64,000 nt of DNA from positions 66,507 through 130,506 of the forward strand of contig JAMCYU010000001.1 in NCBI GenBank assembly GCA_023473585.1, read 5' to 3'. Under the pieces are notes generated by a model that ran no database searches, was not told where the DNA came from, and saw only the letters and a list, made by a program, of their open reading frames with translations. The translations under genes were made by a program, and so were the position numbers. Shown here piece after piece: positions 20,638 to 31,311 of the stretch (the first letter of the stretch is position 1; every line of letters begins with the position of its first letter). This stretch comes from Patescibacteria group bacterium (lineage in GTDB: Bacteria; Patescibacteriota; Microgenomatia; JAMCYU01).

Positions 20638-22931
20638 AAGAAACTCATGCTAAATTCGATCTCGTGCTTCCCTCGGGGAACGAAAACTCCGCGGAAAGCG
20701 TAATTAGTACGATAAATTTTCGTTTCCAAACTATCGATGGTGGCTTTCCAGGCCGGATAATACGGATCCATTAAAACCAAAAAACCGTCTTCTGTATTTT
20801 GTGTTTTGATAATTATCTTATTTTCAGAGTATTCCTTTATTTCTGCTTGACAATTATTGCAATTCGACTTTAAATCCGAATCGTTAGTTTCGATTCTCTC
20901 CAGGGAAACTATTTTTTTCCGATTAAAATCCTGGGTAAAGATTGACTCAATGGCCTCCTGTTTATTACCAGCCACCTTAATACCATCGGCAAAAAACGTT
21001 CTCGGCAAAACATCGGCATTTTCATAAACTCTTGTTTGGCCTTCTTGAAAGACTAATTTAAGTTTTGGTGATTTTTCCTCCTTAAGGCTCAAAATATATT
21101 TTACATTAAGTAAATCGGTTAGCTTCGAGTCGTAATCCTGGGGGGTTAATATCCGATTAAAGGACAAAGGTTTAATATCGGCCCTCCCTCGATACCAGGC
21201 GCTGGTAAACTCTCCGTAATCACGAAGATATAAAGGATCGTAACCAGCCACGTCTTCTAGTTTGTAAAAGGTCGCAAAATTTGGGGGGAAAATTCTTCTG
21301 TCGGTAGTCATAAAGCGAAAAGGTTTAGGTTGATTTTTTAAAAATTTAATTGTTTCCGTTTGGGGAAAAAGCCATTCTTTATCGGTAAAAGGCGTAAATT
21401 TCCAGCCAAACCGGAAAAGATCTAAAATCGTCAAGATTAAAATCCCCCCATAAAAGAAATTCCGAACGGGAAAAGAATTGTTTAGTTTCTCTAGACGATA
21501 TTTTAGTCCGTGATAGACACCAACAAGACAAAGAAAAATTAAGAAAGTCAATGATGGGAAAATTAAATTTCGTTTCGCAATTAATAAATTTTCCAAACTC
21601 AGTGCTTTAAACCAGGTGGGGCCGGTTAAAACAAAAAGCCATAAGCTAAAAAGAAGAAGGCCCAAAAAAACAAGAACCGCTCCGGCTTTTTTCCTGTGCT
21701 TTAAATTTTTTATCAAAAAATCTAACCCTAAACCGGCCAAAACAGACAAGGAGAAGTCAGTCATAAATAAAAGTCTCGTCGGCTGGCTGGTTGACATTAA
21801 CGGCAGGCGCCACTGATACGGCAATTTAGCCAAAAAAGTCGGCAGGGCAAAAATTAAGGAAAGAAATGTTATTCCGCCAAAAAATAACGTTTTTTTATCA
21901 CGACGCCAAAGAATGGCCAAAAGAGCAAAAAACAGAGGAACAACGCCGATATAACTCACAAACTCTCCATAATTCCACTCTCCCCAGTAATTTAGGGTCG
22001 CCGGATTACCGAAAAAATCCGGAACCAGAAGCTGGATGAGATTTTGCCAGGGAATAAACCACCCCGGTTGCTGCCAATCAATCTGATCAAGATTGCGGGC
22101 GCTTTGACTTATAAATTGTAAAGTAGGAAACCATTGAATAACCGTTATTAAAGAAAAAAACAAAAAACAAAAAGAAAAAAGCAAGAACATTTTTTTTGAT
22201 CTTCCGTTTTGCCACCATCTAAAGATTAGGTAAAGTAATGAAAAAATGATAACGTAAAAAAAGACCTGTAAATGACCGGCAAAAAACGAAGAAATCAGGC
22301 TTAAAAATAAAAGACCGCTCCAAATCACAAGATTTTTGTTTCTTGACTGAAAAATTTTATCTATCGAAAGTAAAATTAGAGGTAACCACAATCCCGTGTG
22401 AATAATTGTATTCCATTCCAACCAGGCAATTGAAAATCCGGAGAAAGAAAAGACAATAGCCCCTAAAAAACTTGCCCACTTATCTATTTTTAAATTTCGT
22501 AAATATTGATATAAAAAAAGGCCGGCTAAAAAAGGCTGAAGCATGACCATTATTGCCCAACCAAGATTAAAAGGAAAAATTAAGAAGAGAATATTCAGAG
22601 GATAAAAGACGGCGCTTTGAAAATTAGCCAAAAGTGGCATTCCGGAAAAATTATACGGATTCCACAATGGAAGATGATTATTTTTCAATTGATCAAAAGA
22701 CAAGGATCGCCAAACATATTGCTGACGAACAGGGTCGGTTACTAAAAAATTCTTAAAGGGAATACCGCTGGGATAATCCTTAAGATAATAATCTCGCCAA
22801 GGATGATACAGACCAACAATCGTATCGGCCGGAAGGGGTAATTTATTCTCAAAGATAACCGGCTTAAAAAAGAAAAGAGAAAGAATAAGAAAAAAAACAA
22901 TCGGGAAAATTTTAACTAAAAATAATTTCAT
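20634..22931 (-). CDS. YfhO-like large polytopic membrane protein (GT-C-like), copy 1
   Basis: N-terminal GLYHPWRDYY...PLWNPYNFSGMPLLANFQSAVFYPLN pattern shared with CDS 34525-36921; 765 aa, many TM helices plus C-terminal domain. Confidence 0.4.
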   Translation of the reverse strand: MKLFLVKIFPIVFFLILSLFFFKPVIFENKLPLPADTIVGLYHPWRDYYLKDYPSGIPFKNFLVTDPVRQQYVWRSLSFDQLKNNHLPLWNPYNFSGMPLLANFQSAVFYPLNILFLIFPFNLGWAIMVMLQPFLAGLFLYQYLRNLKIDKWASFLGAIVFSFSGFSIAWLEWNTIIHTGLWLPLILLSIDKIFQSRNKNLVIWSGLLFLSLISSFFAGHLQVFFYVIIFSLLYLIFRWWQNGRSKKMFLLFSFCFLFFSLITVIQWFPTLQFISQSARNLDQIDWQQPGWFIPWQNLIQLLVPDFFGNPATLNYWGEWNYGEFVSYIGVVPLFFALLAILWRRDKKTLFFGGITFLSLIFALPTFLAKLPYQWRLPLMSTSQPTRLLFMTDFSLSVLAGLGLDFLIKNLKHRKKAGAVLVFLGLLLFSLWLFVLTGPTWFKALSLENLLIAKRNLIFPSLTFLIFLCLVGVYHGLKYRLEKLNNSFPVRNFFYGGILILTILDLFRFGWKFTPFTDKEWLFPQTETIKFLKNQPKPFRFMTTDRRIFPPNFATFYKLEDVAGYDPLYLRDYGEFTSAWYRGRADIKPLSFNRILTPQDYDSKLTDLLNVKYILSLKEEKSPKLKLVFQEGQTRVYENADVLPRTFFADGIKVAGNKQEAIESIFTQDFNRKKIVSLERIETNDSDLKSNCNNCQAEIKEYSENKIIIKTQNTEDGFLVLMDPYYPAWKATIDSLETKIYRTNYAFRGVFVPRGKHEIEFSMSFL

Positions 22932-23967
22932 CCATTCTCCTTAAAAAAACTTCCCTGGAAAAATCCTCGGCCCTTTTTATTCCCTCTTTTGCCATTTTTA
23001 TTCTTAAATCCTCATCTTGAGCAACAGCCAATGTCTGATCAATTAATTCTTTTTCGTTTTGCCATAAAAAGCCGCTCACCCTGTCATTGACTATTTCTTT
23101 CTGTCCGCCGGCATCATAAACCAAGGGCACACAACCGGAAGCCATCGCTTCTACCGTCGAAATCCCAAAATGTTCCATCCCGGCCGGATTGTTTTTTTCA
23201 TCTTCGTTAAAACCGGCCGCATGCCAATAAATTTTAGCTTGAGAATAGTGTTTTTTAAGATTAGCAAACGGCTCATTGGGAAAAAGTTTAACAGGGAAAC
23301 CCTTGGCTAATTGTTTAATTTCGTTAAAATAGGCCATGTCTTGCTCAAGCAATCCCCCGATTAAATATAATTCCCAACCTCCAAGAATCTGGTGAAGTTT
23401 TTTGAAAAAAATAATCATTTCTTTTTGTTTTTTACCGGCGTCTTTACTGAACCTGCCTACCGAGACAATTAAGTTTTCCTTCTCTTGCGGTTTGAATTGC
23501 CCGACATCGACGGGCGGATAAACAACTGAAGAGTTAACACGGTATTCCTGGTCAATATAATTTTTGGTAAAGAAAGAGTTACAGATAATTTTTTGATAGC
23601 GACTTAACTTAACTCTGTCCGTTAGACTTTGCGTCTTGATCTTTGTGAAAGGACGTTGGAAATGAAGAATGTTTTTTTTGGCTAGGGTCGTAGGAAGACT
23701 ACCGTCACTTAGAATAAAAATGAGGTCATATTGAGAAGTCATTCTTAATTTTTGCCATAAATTTAATCTTTTGGAAAAAACATTACGATAAAATTCAGCT
23801 TTATCTAAATTTATCGCCAGTCTTTCTTTAATTCTTTCCTTAATTTCTTCTTCGTCCCAAAAAATCCTAACCAGATGATTTTCGCTTAAGTGTTCGGCCA
23901 GGGTTAAAACATAACGTTCTCCCCCGCCCAAACTGTCTAAATAAGGATCAAAAATTCCGATCTTCAT
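22912..23967 (-). CDS. Glycosyltransferase family 4
   Basis: FGISTVEAMASGCVPLVYDAGGQKEIV GT4 motif; start moved to internal ATG 23967 (MKIGIFDPY) to avoid 83-nt overlap. Confidence 0.6.
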   Translation of the reverse strand: MKIGIFDPYLDSLGGGERYVLTLAEHLSENHLVRIFWDEEEIKERIKERLAINLDKAEFYRNVFSKRLNLWQKLRMTSQYDLIFILSDGSLPTTLAKKNILHFQRPFTKIKTQSLTDRVKLSRYQKIICNSFFTKNYIDQEYRVNSSVVYPPVDVGQFKPQEKENLIVSVGRFSKDAGKKQKEMIIFFKKLHQILGGWELYLIGGLLEQDMAYFNEIKQLAKGFPVKLFPNEPFANLKKHYSQAKIYWHAAGFNEDEKNNPAGMEHFGISTVEAMASGCVPLVYDAGGQKEIVNDRVSGFLWQNEKELIDQTLAVAQDEDLRIKMAKEGIKRAEDFSREVFLRRMDEIIFS

Positions 23968-24706
23968 TTTGCCTTTCCCAAAGACGAACGTAGGTAATAA
24001 AAATACTGAATGACTGATAAAGGCTTTCAATAAGACCGACGGTCCCGAGTTTCCATCCTCCTTGTCCCAGGTAATATTTAAGGAATTCTGTTAACATCAT
24101 CCGGGGAAATCTCCACCAGGTCATTTTGGGATGACCAGCTTTAAACCGTAAGTCTGCTTCTACTTTCGACCACTCGATGGTTTTTTTAAGCATTGAGGAA
24201 AGATCACGATGGGTATAATGATTTAAATAACCCTTTAATTCCCCAATTTTACCGCTGATTATCGGACTTTCGTGGAGTTCTCCATACCAACCTTTCAGTT
24301 GATCTTTTTTAAAAAATCGTTCAAGTTCTTCGATCTTTGGCCATTCGTGATCACCCAAATAAAAGTTTTTTCTCTTAACCCTGTAGGCCACAAAATTATT
24401 ATTGGTGTTTTCCGTTTGATCTTTTATGCTTGACGCTAATTCCGGTGTCACCCTTTCGTCTGCATCCAGATATAAAACCCAACGACAAGAAGCTTTAATC
24501 ATGGCAAAATTACGCTGACCGGCGAAATCTTTAAAAGGATTAAGAAAAACTTGGGCGCCTGTTTTTTTGGCAATTTCTCCGGTTTTATCCGAAGACTCCG
24601 CATCCACAACGATTATTTCGCCCGCCAACTGACGGGTAGATTCAATGCAGGCAAAAATATTTTTCTCTTCGTTTTTTGTCAGTATCAGAATAGAAATTCT
24701 ATTCAT
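23948..24706 (-). CDS. Glycosyltransferase family 2 (paralog of 14164-14943, 28220-29134)
   Basis: NRISILILTKNEEKNIFACIESTRQLAGEIIVVDAESSDKTGEIAKKTGAQV. Confidence 0.6.
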   Translation of the reverse strand: MNRISILILTKNEEKNIFACIESTRQLAGEIIVVDAESSDKTGEIAKKTGAQVFLNPFKDFAGQRNFAMIKASCRWVLYLDADERVTPELASSIKDQTENTNNNFVAYRVKRKNFYLGDHEWPKIEELERFFKKDQLKGWYGELHESPIISGKIGELKGYLNHYTHRDLSSMLKKTIEWSKVEADLRFKAGHPKMTWWRFPRMMLTEFLKYYLGQGGWKLGTVGLIESLYQSFSIFITYVRLWERQNEDRNF

Positions 24707-26655
24707 AAAAATTTAAGAATTAAAGCCGAATTATTTTCGAAAACGACATTATAAGGAATATAAATATTTTCCCTAAAACCCTCTTCTTCTTTCTTTAAAT
24801 ATAACGTATTTAGATGATATTTGGAAATAAACTCCTTCTGAAAAATTAGCCCGTCTTTCTTTTTTTCCGGATTAAAAAACTCTGAAAGCTCTTTTTCCCT
24901 CTGAACATTATTTTTTAAGGTGTTTTCTGCCATCAGTTTATGAGAATAATAGGTATTTCTTTCGGAAACTACGGAAACATACATCGAGAAAAGATTCTCT
25001 CCGGTTGGCGGTAAAAGGATAATATCGTCAGGTTTGGTTATTTTTTTAAGAGTTAAAAGACTTTCGGTCGTACTTTTATCCAAGACAAAATAAGTTCTGC
25101 TCGCTGCGGTCCTTACGGTCGTTGGAAGGGAAAGTAAAATAATAAAAAGACTCCCAATAACGGTTAAATACTTATCCCTTGAAAAAAAGTGTTTGAGGAC
25201 AAAAACCGTGAGAATATTGCCGATTATTAAACTGTAATAAAAAAATTGAATCGTATTGCCGACACTGCCTTTTTGAATAAAAAAAAGCGGTAGTATCATC
25301 CCCGTTATAAAAGCCGTTAATAAAAAGAGGGAGAATTTCGAAAAGGGAAGTTTTTTTAAAAGATACAAAGGCATGATAAAAAAACCGACGACTCTTATCC
25401 CTAAGTTTCCGGCAATAAAAAGAAAAAGTTCGGCAATTCTTAATCTGACAACGGCAAAGAGATTATGGGTTGCCCAATAATATTGTTCTTTGAGAGCCCA
25501 TTCCGGAACATTCAATCTGTCTTTATTTTCTACCATCGTGTGTAAAAACCAAAACGGTGCATACGTAAGAAATGACGAAGAATCCTTTCCGGACACGGGT
25601 AAAAAAACCAAGAGGCCACAAAGCAAGGTAAAAAAATAAACGATTAGAAAATCATGTCTTTTTTTGAAGATGTTAACCATCGCCACTGCCCCTAAACCAA
25701 TCAAGAGTATTATCCCCGCATAAACTTTAAAAGAAATTAAGAAACCGGCAAGAATTACAAGCGGAATTTCCATTCTTTCTTTTTCGATTAAATATTTATA
25801 AAGGCAAAAAATAATAAGGTAGAAAAGACTAAGAGAAAGGATTACCGACGGATTGAGAATACTGCCAAATGTTTGGCTGCTCCAGAAAGTTGATTCACCC
25901 CAAAGAAAATTCATCCCCAGCCAAAAGGGCAAAAGATAAGAAAAACTGCCGGCCACATAAGTTAAAATAACCAAAATATCGGCAAAAAAATAGCTTTTAA
26001 ATAATTTACGGCCCAAAACAAAAGCCGATAATCCCAAAAACAACGAAAAGAAAAACAAAAAATAATTATAATAAAGATTGATTATCGGTATTTGGGTAAA
26101 ACGATAGATTGTCCCGATAAATAAATGAGTAAAATAATGGTAATTAGTCACAACTTCAGGGGCGAATCCGGGGTGTGTCGGTGGGACATTTTTAGACAAT
26201 TCGCGACTTAAGCTGATAATCCACATGGAGTCACCAGAATCTTTCATTTTTATTGTCCCGCTGTTTTCGTCATAGCCACAGCCCGGGAAAGAAGAAGATT
26301 GGAAAAGGCTAAGAATCATTATCAGCAGTAAGGAAACTATTATGGGCAGTGATTTTAAGTTCTTGAGCAGATATTTTTTCTTAAACAACTCGATAAGAAA
26401 AACAATGAAGGCAACCGCAATCATAAAATCTGCTAAAAATTTGATTTTAAAAAGACCGGAAAAAAAATATAAAGCTGAAGAAACCGTTATTCCCATTCCC
26501 AAACTTAGGACTAATCTTTCTAATTTCGTCAGATTGATTTTTAAAAAAGAGAGAACAACAAAACCCGGTGAAACGGCAAAGATAATAATTGAAAGGAAGA
26601 ATAAGACGAATCGCCAAATAGTACTAAATAGTTCCATAAGATTTACCCTTCCCAA
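24703..26655 (-). CDS. Large polytopic membrane protein, function unknown (possible GT-C)
   Basis: 650 aa, mostly hydrophobic; operon context only. Confidence 0.35.
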   Translation of the reverse strand: MGRVNLMELFSTIWRFVLFFLSIIIFAVSPGFVVLSFLKINLTKLERLVLSLGMGITVSSALYFFSGLFKIKFLADFMIAVAFIVFLIELFKKKYLLKNLKSLPIIVSLLLIMILSLFQSSSFPGCGYDENSGTIKMKDSGDSMWIISLSRELSKNVPPTHPGFAPEVVTNYHYFTHLFIGTIYRFTQIPIINLYYNYFLFFFSLFLGLSAFVLGRKLFKSYFFADILVILTYVAGSFSYLLPFWLGMNFLWGESTFWSSQTFGSILNPSVILSLSLFYLIIFCLYKYLIEKERMEIPLVILAGFLISFKVYAGIILLIGLGAVAMVNIFKKRHDFLIVYFFTLLCGLLVFLPVSGKDSSSFLTYAPFWFLHTMVENKDRLNVPEWALKEQYYWATHNLFAVVRLRIAELFLFIAGNLGIRVVGFFIMPLYLLKKLPFSKFSLFLLTAFITGMILPLFFIQKGSVGNTIQFFYYSLIIGNILTVFVLKHFFSRDKYLTVIGSLFIILLSLPTTVRTAASRTYFVLDKSTTESLLTLKKITKPDDIILLPPTGENLFSMYVSVVSERNTYYSHKLMAENTLKNNVQREKELSEFFNPEKKKDGLIFQKEFISKYHLNTLYLKKEEEGFRENIYIPYNVVFENNSALILKFL

Positions 26656-27553
26656 GTCTGCCTAAAAAGAAATCAGAGACGGCCCAACGTTCAACGTCGC
26701 TCTTGAAATAAAGTCTTATCGATTCTCTAAGAAGAGCTAATTTTGTTCTCAAGGAAGCATGGCGCATCCCGAAAATTAAACGATTTCTGGTCAAATAATA
26801 GGTATGCAAGGGTGATCCTGGCTGCCCGCTTGATTGGGCATTTTTATGCCAAACGATTCCCTGGGGTTTATAAAGTATTTTAAAACCCGCTTTCCGGGCT
26901 CGAAGACATAAATCGACGTCTTCTAAATACATAAAATATTTTTCGTCAAGAAATCCAATTTCTCCAAAAACCTCCTTTTTAACCAACATGGCGCAGCCGG
27001 TCGTAAAAGCTGTTTCCTCAACTTTATCATATTGTCCAATATCAACCTCATCGACCCCCCGATGAGAAGCATAAACATTACGCCAATCAATCAAACCCCC
27101 GGCATACCAAATAATCCTGCCAAGTTCAGTCTCTTTATAGCGATGTCGATGGTATTCATAGCCCTTGGCAAAATAAATTTTGGGACCAACGATACCAACG
27201 TTTTTATTCTGTTCCATCGCTTTCAATAATTCCGTCATGAGATTTTTATCAACTTGAGTATCATTATTAATAAGCATCACGTAGTCCGCTTCGTTTTCTA
27301 GGGCGTGTTTTATCCCGATATTGTTCCCCCCCGCAAACCCCAGATTTTCCTGATTCTCTACCAACTTTATCGCTGATTTTTCCGAATCAATAAATTTTTT
27401 AATTCTATCAACCGAATCATCGGTCGAACCGTTATCAACCACAATAACTTTAAGGTTAAATGTTCCCTGTTCCATGTTTTGTATCGATTCCAAACATTCA
27501 AGCGTATCTTCTTTTCCATTCCAATTAAGAATAATAACGGCAATTTTTTTCAT
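26624..27553 (-). CDS. Glycosyltransferase family 2
   Basis: MKKIAVIILNWNGKEDTLECLESI...KVIVVDNGSTDDS; MLINNDTQV. Confidence 0.65.
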   Translation of the reverse strand: MKKIAVIILNWNGKEDTLECLESIQNMEQGTFNLKVIVVDNGSTDDSVDRIKKFIDSEKSAIKLVENQENLGFAGGNNIGIKHALENEADYVMLINNDTQVDKNLMTELLKAMEQNKNVGIVGPKIYFAKGYEYHRHRYKETELGRIIWYAGGLIDWRNVYASHRGVDEVDIGQYDKVEETAFTTGCAMLVKKEVFGEIGFLDEKYFMYLEDVDLCLRARKAGFKILYKPQGIVWHKNAQSSGQPGSPLHTYYLTRNRLIFGMRHASLRTKLALLRESIRLYFKSDVERWAVSDFFLGRLGKGKSYGTI

Positions 27554-27577
27554 TTTGGCAAAAACTAAACTTTTGTC

Positions 27578-28216
27578 TTATTCGTAAATAATTCTAATCC
27601 GGGCATTATCAAGAAAAACTTCGTAGCCTAAACTGGAATAAAGCTGAACTCGGTAAAGTCTATTTCCTAAAGCAAAAGAAATCTTTTCTGACCTTACCAT
27701 ATTTCCGGCTTGACCCTCTACCCAAACCTCGCTGTTCCAAACAGGATGATCGTCGTTAACGTTATAAAGTCTGGCGTAAGCTCTCCCGTTAGCGGTCGGA
27801 ATACGCAAAGCTGCCTCAAAGTTTGCTTCTTTGATCTTGGTATATTTAGAAGTGTCAATATATGTTTCTATTCCGCCGATGTTTACCCAAGAAGTGTTTT
27901 TTGTCGAACCGCTGCCTAGGGGAATAAAAATTTCTTTTGTGGCCACAGCCTTATTTTGAGCTTCTTTTTCCGCCGTTGGCAATTTAATTGAGGCCGTGGC
28001 CGTTTCAATCGCTTGCAAACAAGCCGGTGAACAATTCATTATTTCTTCGTTTATTATGGCTGAGGGGGTCGGGGTAACCGGGGACTCCGTCACCGTTTCT
28101 GTTTTTTCTTCTGGCTCTTTGGTTAAAAACAACTTTATGTCAAGAATAATAAGATTAAAGGCCAGTAAAAAAAGAAGAAGGAATATCCCCATGGTTATAA
28201 TTTTAGTTTTATTCAT
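27578..28216 (-). CDS. Membrane-anchored secreted protein with Pro/Thr linker, function unknown
   Basis: N-terminal TM (IITMGIFLLLFLLAFNLIIL), PEEKTETVTESPVTPTPS linker, soluble C-terminal domain. Confidence 0.3.
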   Translation of the reverse strand: MNKTKIITMGIFLLLFLLAFNLIILDIKLFLTKEPEEKTETVTESPVTPTPSAIINEEIMNCSPACLQAIETATASIKLPTAEKEAQNKAVATKEIFIPLGSGSTKNTSWVNIGGIETYIDTSKYTKIKEANFEAALRIPTANGRAYARLYNVNDDHPVWNSEVWVEGQAGNMVRSEKISFALGNRLYRVQLYSSLGYEVFLDNARIRIIYE

Positions 28217-28219
28217 AAA

Positions 28220-29134
28220 TTAAAGGCTAAGTTTCCTTTTAATTTTTAACACTAATTTTTTAAAAGGATTTTTTGTTTCCTCAAGGTAACTTTCGCTAAA
28301 CCAATAATTTAAATCTTTTTTTGTCTTGGCAAATTCGCCCTCCACCTTTTTTAAAAAGTCTTCTTCTTTCGGTTCCCAAAATCCTTGTTTCTCCCAAATC
28401 TTAGCAAAGACTATTTCTGCATAAAAAGCCTGTAAAAGGCTCAAAACTAGTCCATGTAAGCCGTCTTTGTAGCCCTTTTGGGCAAAAAAGGTTTTTAAAA
28501 AATCTTCAACGGGCCACGTTATGGCGTCCGTCCATTTTAATTTTTTCCCACTTCGTAAAAAAACATCGGTTTCGTTTTCGGTATAAATTTTATCGAGTTT
28601 ATAAAGAAATTGAGAAACAGAAACGTAATTTAGGTGTGTCAGCGGATTTTTCAAATGACCCGTTGAACCGTTAACCTCAAGAGCTTCATGAATATGCTTT
28701 TCGGGAAATCTGCCCCTGCCCTTACGAAAGAGCCGTAGCTGCTCATCCGGCGACCAAAGAGAATGCTGAATCCATTTTCCAAAAATAATATTTTTCCGGG
28801 GAATCCAATAACCGTCGACGCTTGATGCTTGATCCTTAACACTTGCTGCTATTTCATCTCTTAATTCCGGAGTAACGCGTTCGTCGGCGTCCAAATTAAG
28901 AAGCCAGTCTCCGCTGGCCTTCTCAAAGCCAAAATTTTTATTAATATTGAGCATTAAATTATTCGGTTGGGTATAAATTTTTGCTCCATACGCCTGACCA
29001 ATTTCCTGTGTTTTATCCGTGGAGTTATTGTCAATTAAGATAATCTCATCTCCTAATTGTCTTACGGATTCAAGACAATCCTTGATGTTTTTTTCCTCGT
29101 TATAGGCAGAAATTACGACCGAAAGTTTTGCCAT
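28220..29134 (-). CDS. Glycosyltransferase family 2 (paralog of 14164-14943, 23948-24706)
   Basis: MAKLSVVISAYNEEKNIKDCLESVRQLGDEIILIDNNSTDKTQEIGQAYGAKI. Confidence 0.6.
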   Translation of the reverse strand: MAKLSVVISAYNEEKNIKDCLESVRQLGDEIILIDNNSTDKTQEIGQAYGAKIYTQPNNLMLNINKNFGFEKASGDWLLNLDADERVTPELRDEIAASVKDQASSVDGYWIPRKNIIFGKWIQHSLWSPDEQLRLFRKGRGRFPEKHIHEALEVNGSTGHLKNPLTHLNYVSVSQFLYKLDKIYTENETDVFLRSGKKLKWTDAITWPVEDFLKTFFAQKGYKDGLHGLVLSLLQAFYAEIVFAKIWEKQGFWEPKEEDFLKKVEGEFAKTKKDLNYWFSESYLEETKNPFKKLVLKIKRKLSL

Positions 29135-30564
29135 AAAGTTTTCGCCTCCTCAAAAATTCTCCCTTTGGTCAAAATATAAACCGAAACTAAATAAATTATA
29201 CTCCCCATCAAAAGAACAAAGATTAACCAGGTCATTTTGGTCGTTAAAGCCAATGTCAGATAAAAAAAGACGGCTAAGATCATTGAGGCAACCAAAGATG
29301 GCATAATATTGGCAACCAGATGAAAACGAACAAAGCGTTTGACCATAAGAACCGGAATAACGACGGTTAAACCGATCATGGCCGAAGAAACGGCCACCCC
29401 ATTAAAGCCTAACTTAAAAACCAAAAACGGCCCTAAAAGCCAAGTCAGAACAGTCCAAACAATCATCAGATAAAGGGTTATTTTTATTTTGCCGATCGCA
29501 TTTAAAACATTGGTTAAGGGCGTGGAGAGGCCGGCAAAAATGCTGGCAATAACGAAAAGGTAAAAAGAGAAAAGTGCCGGTTCCCACTTAAGGTACTTCG
29601 GGATGAAAAAGACGAGCGGTTTGATGGCAAAAACAAAAGCCACGCTTAACGGTAGAATCAAAAACGAAAGAAAAAAGATTGATTTATCCAAGGCTTTACC
29701 TAAATACTCGGGTTTTTCCTGAAGTCTGGCGTAGGCGGGGAAAGTAACCTTAATGACATTGTCCATAACAAGCCTTAAAGGAAATTCGGCCCATTTTTTC
29801 GCCCAGCCGATATAACCTATCTGATTAAAAGGCAAAACTTTCCCTAAAAAAATCGTAAAAAGATCATCCTTAATCAGGGCTAAAATTGAGTTTGCCTGAA
29901 AAGGTAAACCGAAAGATAATAGCCTTTTGGCTACCGTTTTGGAAAAACCGATACCTATTTTCCAGGGAGAAAGAACATAAATGGCTGCTAGACCAATAAC
30001 GCCCCTTGCCAAAACCGCCCAGGTAAAAGAGGTCAGACCAAAACCCTTAACGGCCAAAACAACCACGATGAGGCTAAAGGCGTTGGTTTCGAGAATCTGC
30101 GGGATAACCAATTTATTAAAAGCTAATTTCCGCTCGAGAAGAATGGAAGGAATGGTTTTTAAGGAAGACAAAAAGAAAGAGACTACCAGTGCCCGAAAAA
30201 GCCAAAGACCAGCCGTGTCTAAATTATAAAAACTTGAAAGCTGCCTTGAAAGGAGTAAGGCTATAATCACGATTGCTCCCACTAAGACCTGTTGAATGGT
30301 AAAGGTCGTTTTTAAGTCGTCCTCTGTAACCGCTTCTCTTTTTTGAATTAAGGCTGCCGCCAGACCAATATCAGAAAAATAACCCAGAAAGGAAATGACG
30401 GCGGAAACGACAAAAAAGACACCAAAAACCGAAGGCGCCAAGAAAATGGTTAAGAGAAAGGTCGTAAGAAAAGAAATTATCTGTAGAAGAAAAGTCCTTG
30501 AGGTTAAAGCCAAAACACCGCCTACAGCCCGTTTTTTCACCTCTTCAAGACCAATTTCATCCAT
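29113..30564 (-). CDS. Wzx/MOP-family polysaccharide flippase
   Basis: 483 aa, 12 or more TM; N-terminal RAVGGVLALTSRTFLLQIISFLTTFLLTIFLAPSVFGVF typical of polysaccharide biosynthesis protein family. Confidence 0.55.
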   Translation of the reverse strand: MDEIGLEEVKKRAVGGVLALTSRTFLLQIISFLTTFLLTIFLAPSVFGVFFVVSAVISFLGYFSDIGLAAALIQKREAVTEDDLKTTFTIQQVLVGAIVIIALLLSRQLSSFYNLDTAGLWLFRALVVSFFLSSLKTIPSILLERKLAFNKLVIPQILETNAFSLIVVVLAVKGFGLTSFTWAVLARGVIGLAAIYVLSPWKIGIGFSKTVAKRLLSFGLPFQANSILALIKDDLFTIFLGKVLPFNQIGYIGWAKKWAEFPLRLVMDNVIKVTFPAYARLQEKPEYLGKALDKSIFFLSFLILPLSVAFVFAIKPLVFFIPKYLKWEPALFSFYLFVIASIFAGLSTPLTNVLNAIGKIKITLYLMIVWTVLTWLLGPFLVFKLGFNGVAVSSAMIGLTVVIPVLMVKRFVRFHLVANIMPSLVASMILAVFFYLTLALTTKMTWLIFVLLMGSIIYLVSVYILTKGRIFEEAKTLWQNFRS

Positions 30565-30588
30565 AGTCTAAATTATACCAAAGTAGCC

Positions 30589-31311
30589 TTACTTTCTCCA
30601 AGGACGACTAAAGAAGAGACGAAGAAGACCTTTTAGATCTCCAGAGACTGTTTTGAGGACACGGACGGTTGAACCGGGATTATCGGTCCAAATTACCGGC
30701 TCTTCATAAAGCTTGTAACCGGATTTTTCTCCGGTAATTAAAAGCTCGCTGTCGAAAAACCACTCGTTATCTATTATTTTGGGCAAAAGTTCGCTTACGA
30801 CTCGTCTATTAACAGCCTTAAATCCGCATTGGGCGTCTGAAAAACTGATCTGGAAAAGAAGTTTGACGATGAGATTGTAGCTTCTTGAAAGAATTTCTCT
30901 TTTAAGAGTTCTGCCGCTAACCCTTGATTTCGGCAAGAGCCTTGAACCCAAAGCGATATCAAAACCATTCTCAAGGGCCTTGATGATCGCCGGCAGATGA
31001 CCTAAATTGGTTGAAAGATCTATGTCCATATAACAATAATAATCAGCCCTATAAGATGCCCAGGCTTTTTTAAGAGCCAAACCTCGGCCTTTTTCTTCAA
31101 GACGCAAAAAACTTATTCTTGGGTATTTTTGTCCTAAATTCTTACCGATCTCTCGTGTTTTATCTGTCGAGGCATTATCAACAATCATAATCTGGAAGTT
31201 TTTTTCACCTAACGGCGCGATAAAATCCTTAATTTTTAAGACATTTTTTTCCAGTTCTTGTTCTTCGTTATAAACCGGCAAAGCGATCAATATTTTAGGA
31301 CCGTTTTTCAT
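30589..31311 (-). CDS. GT2, polyprenyl-phosphate sugar synthase-like (DPM1/GtrB-like)
   Basis: ILIALPVYNEEQELEKNVLKIKDF...QIMIVDNASTDKT...YMDIDLS. Confidence 0.6.
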   Translation of the reverse strand: MKNGPKILIALPVYNEEQELEKNVLKIKDFIAPLGEKNFQIMIVDNASTDKTREIGKNLGQKYPRISFLRLEEKGRGLALKKAWASYRADYYCYMDIDLSTNLGHLPAIIKALENGFDIALGSRLLPKSRVSGRTLKREILSRSYNLIVKLLFQISFSDAQCGFKAVNRRVVSELLPKIIDNEWFFDSELLITGEKSGYKLYEEPVIWTDNPGSTVRVLKTVSGDLKGLLRLFFSRPWRK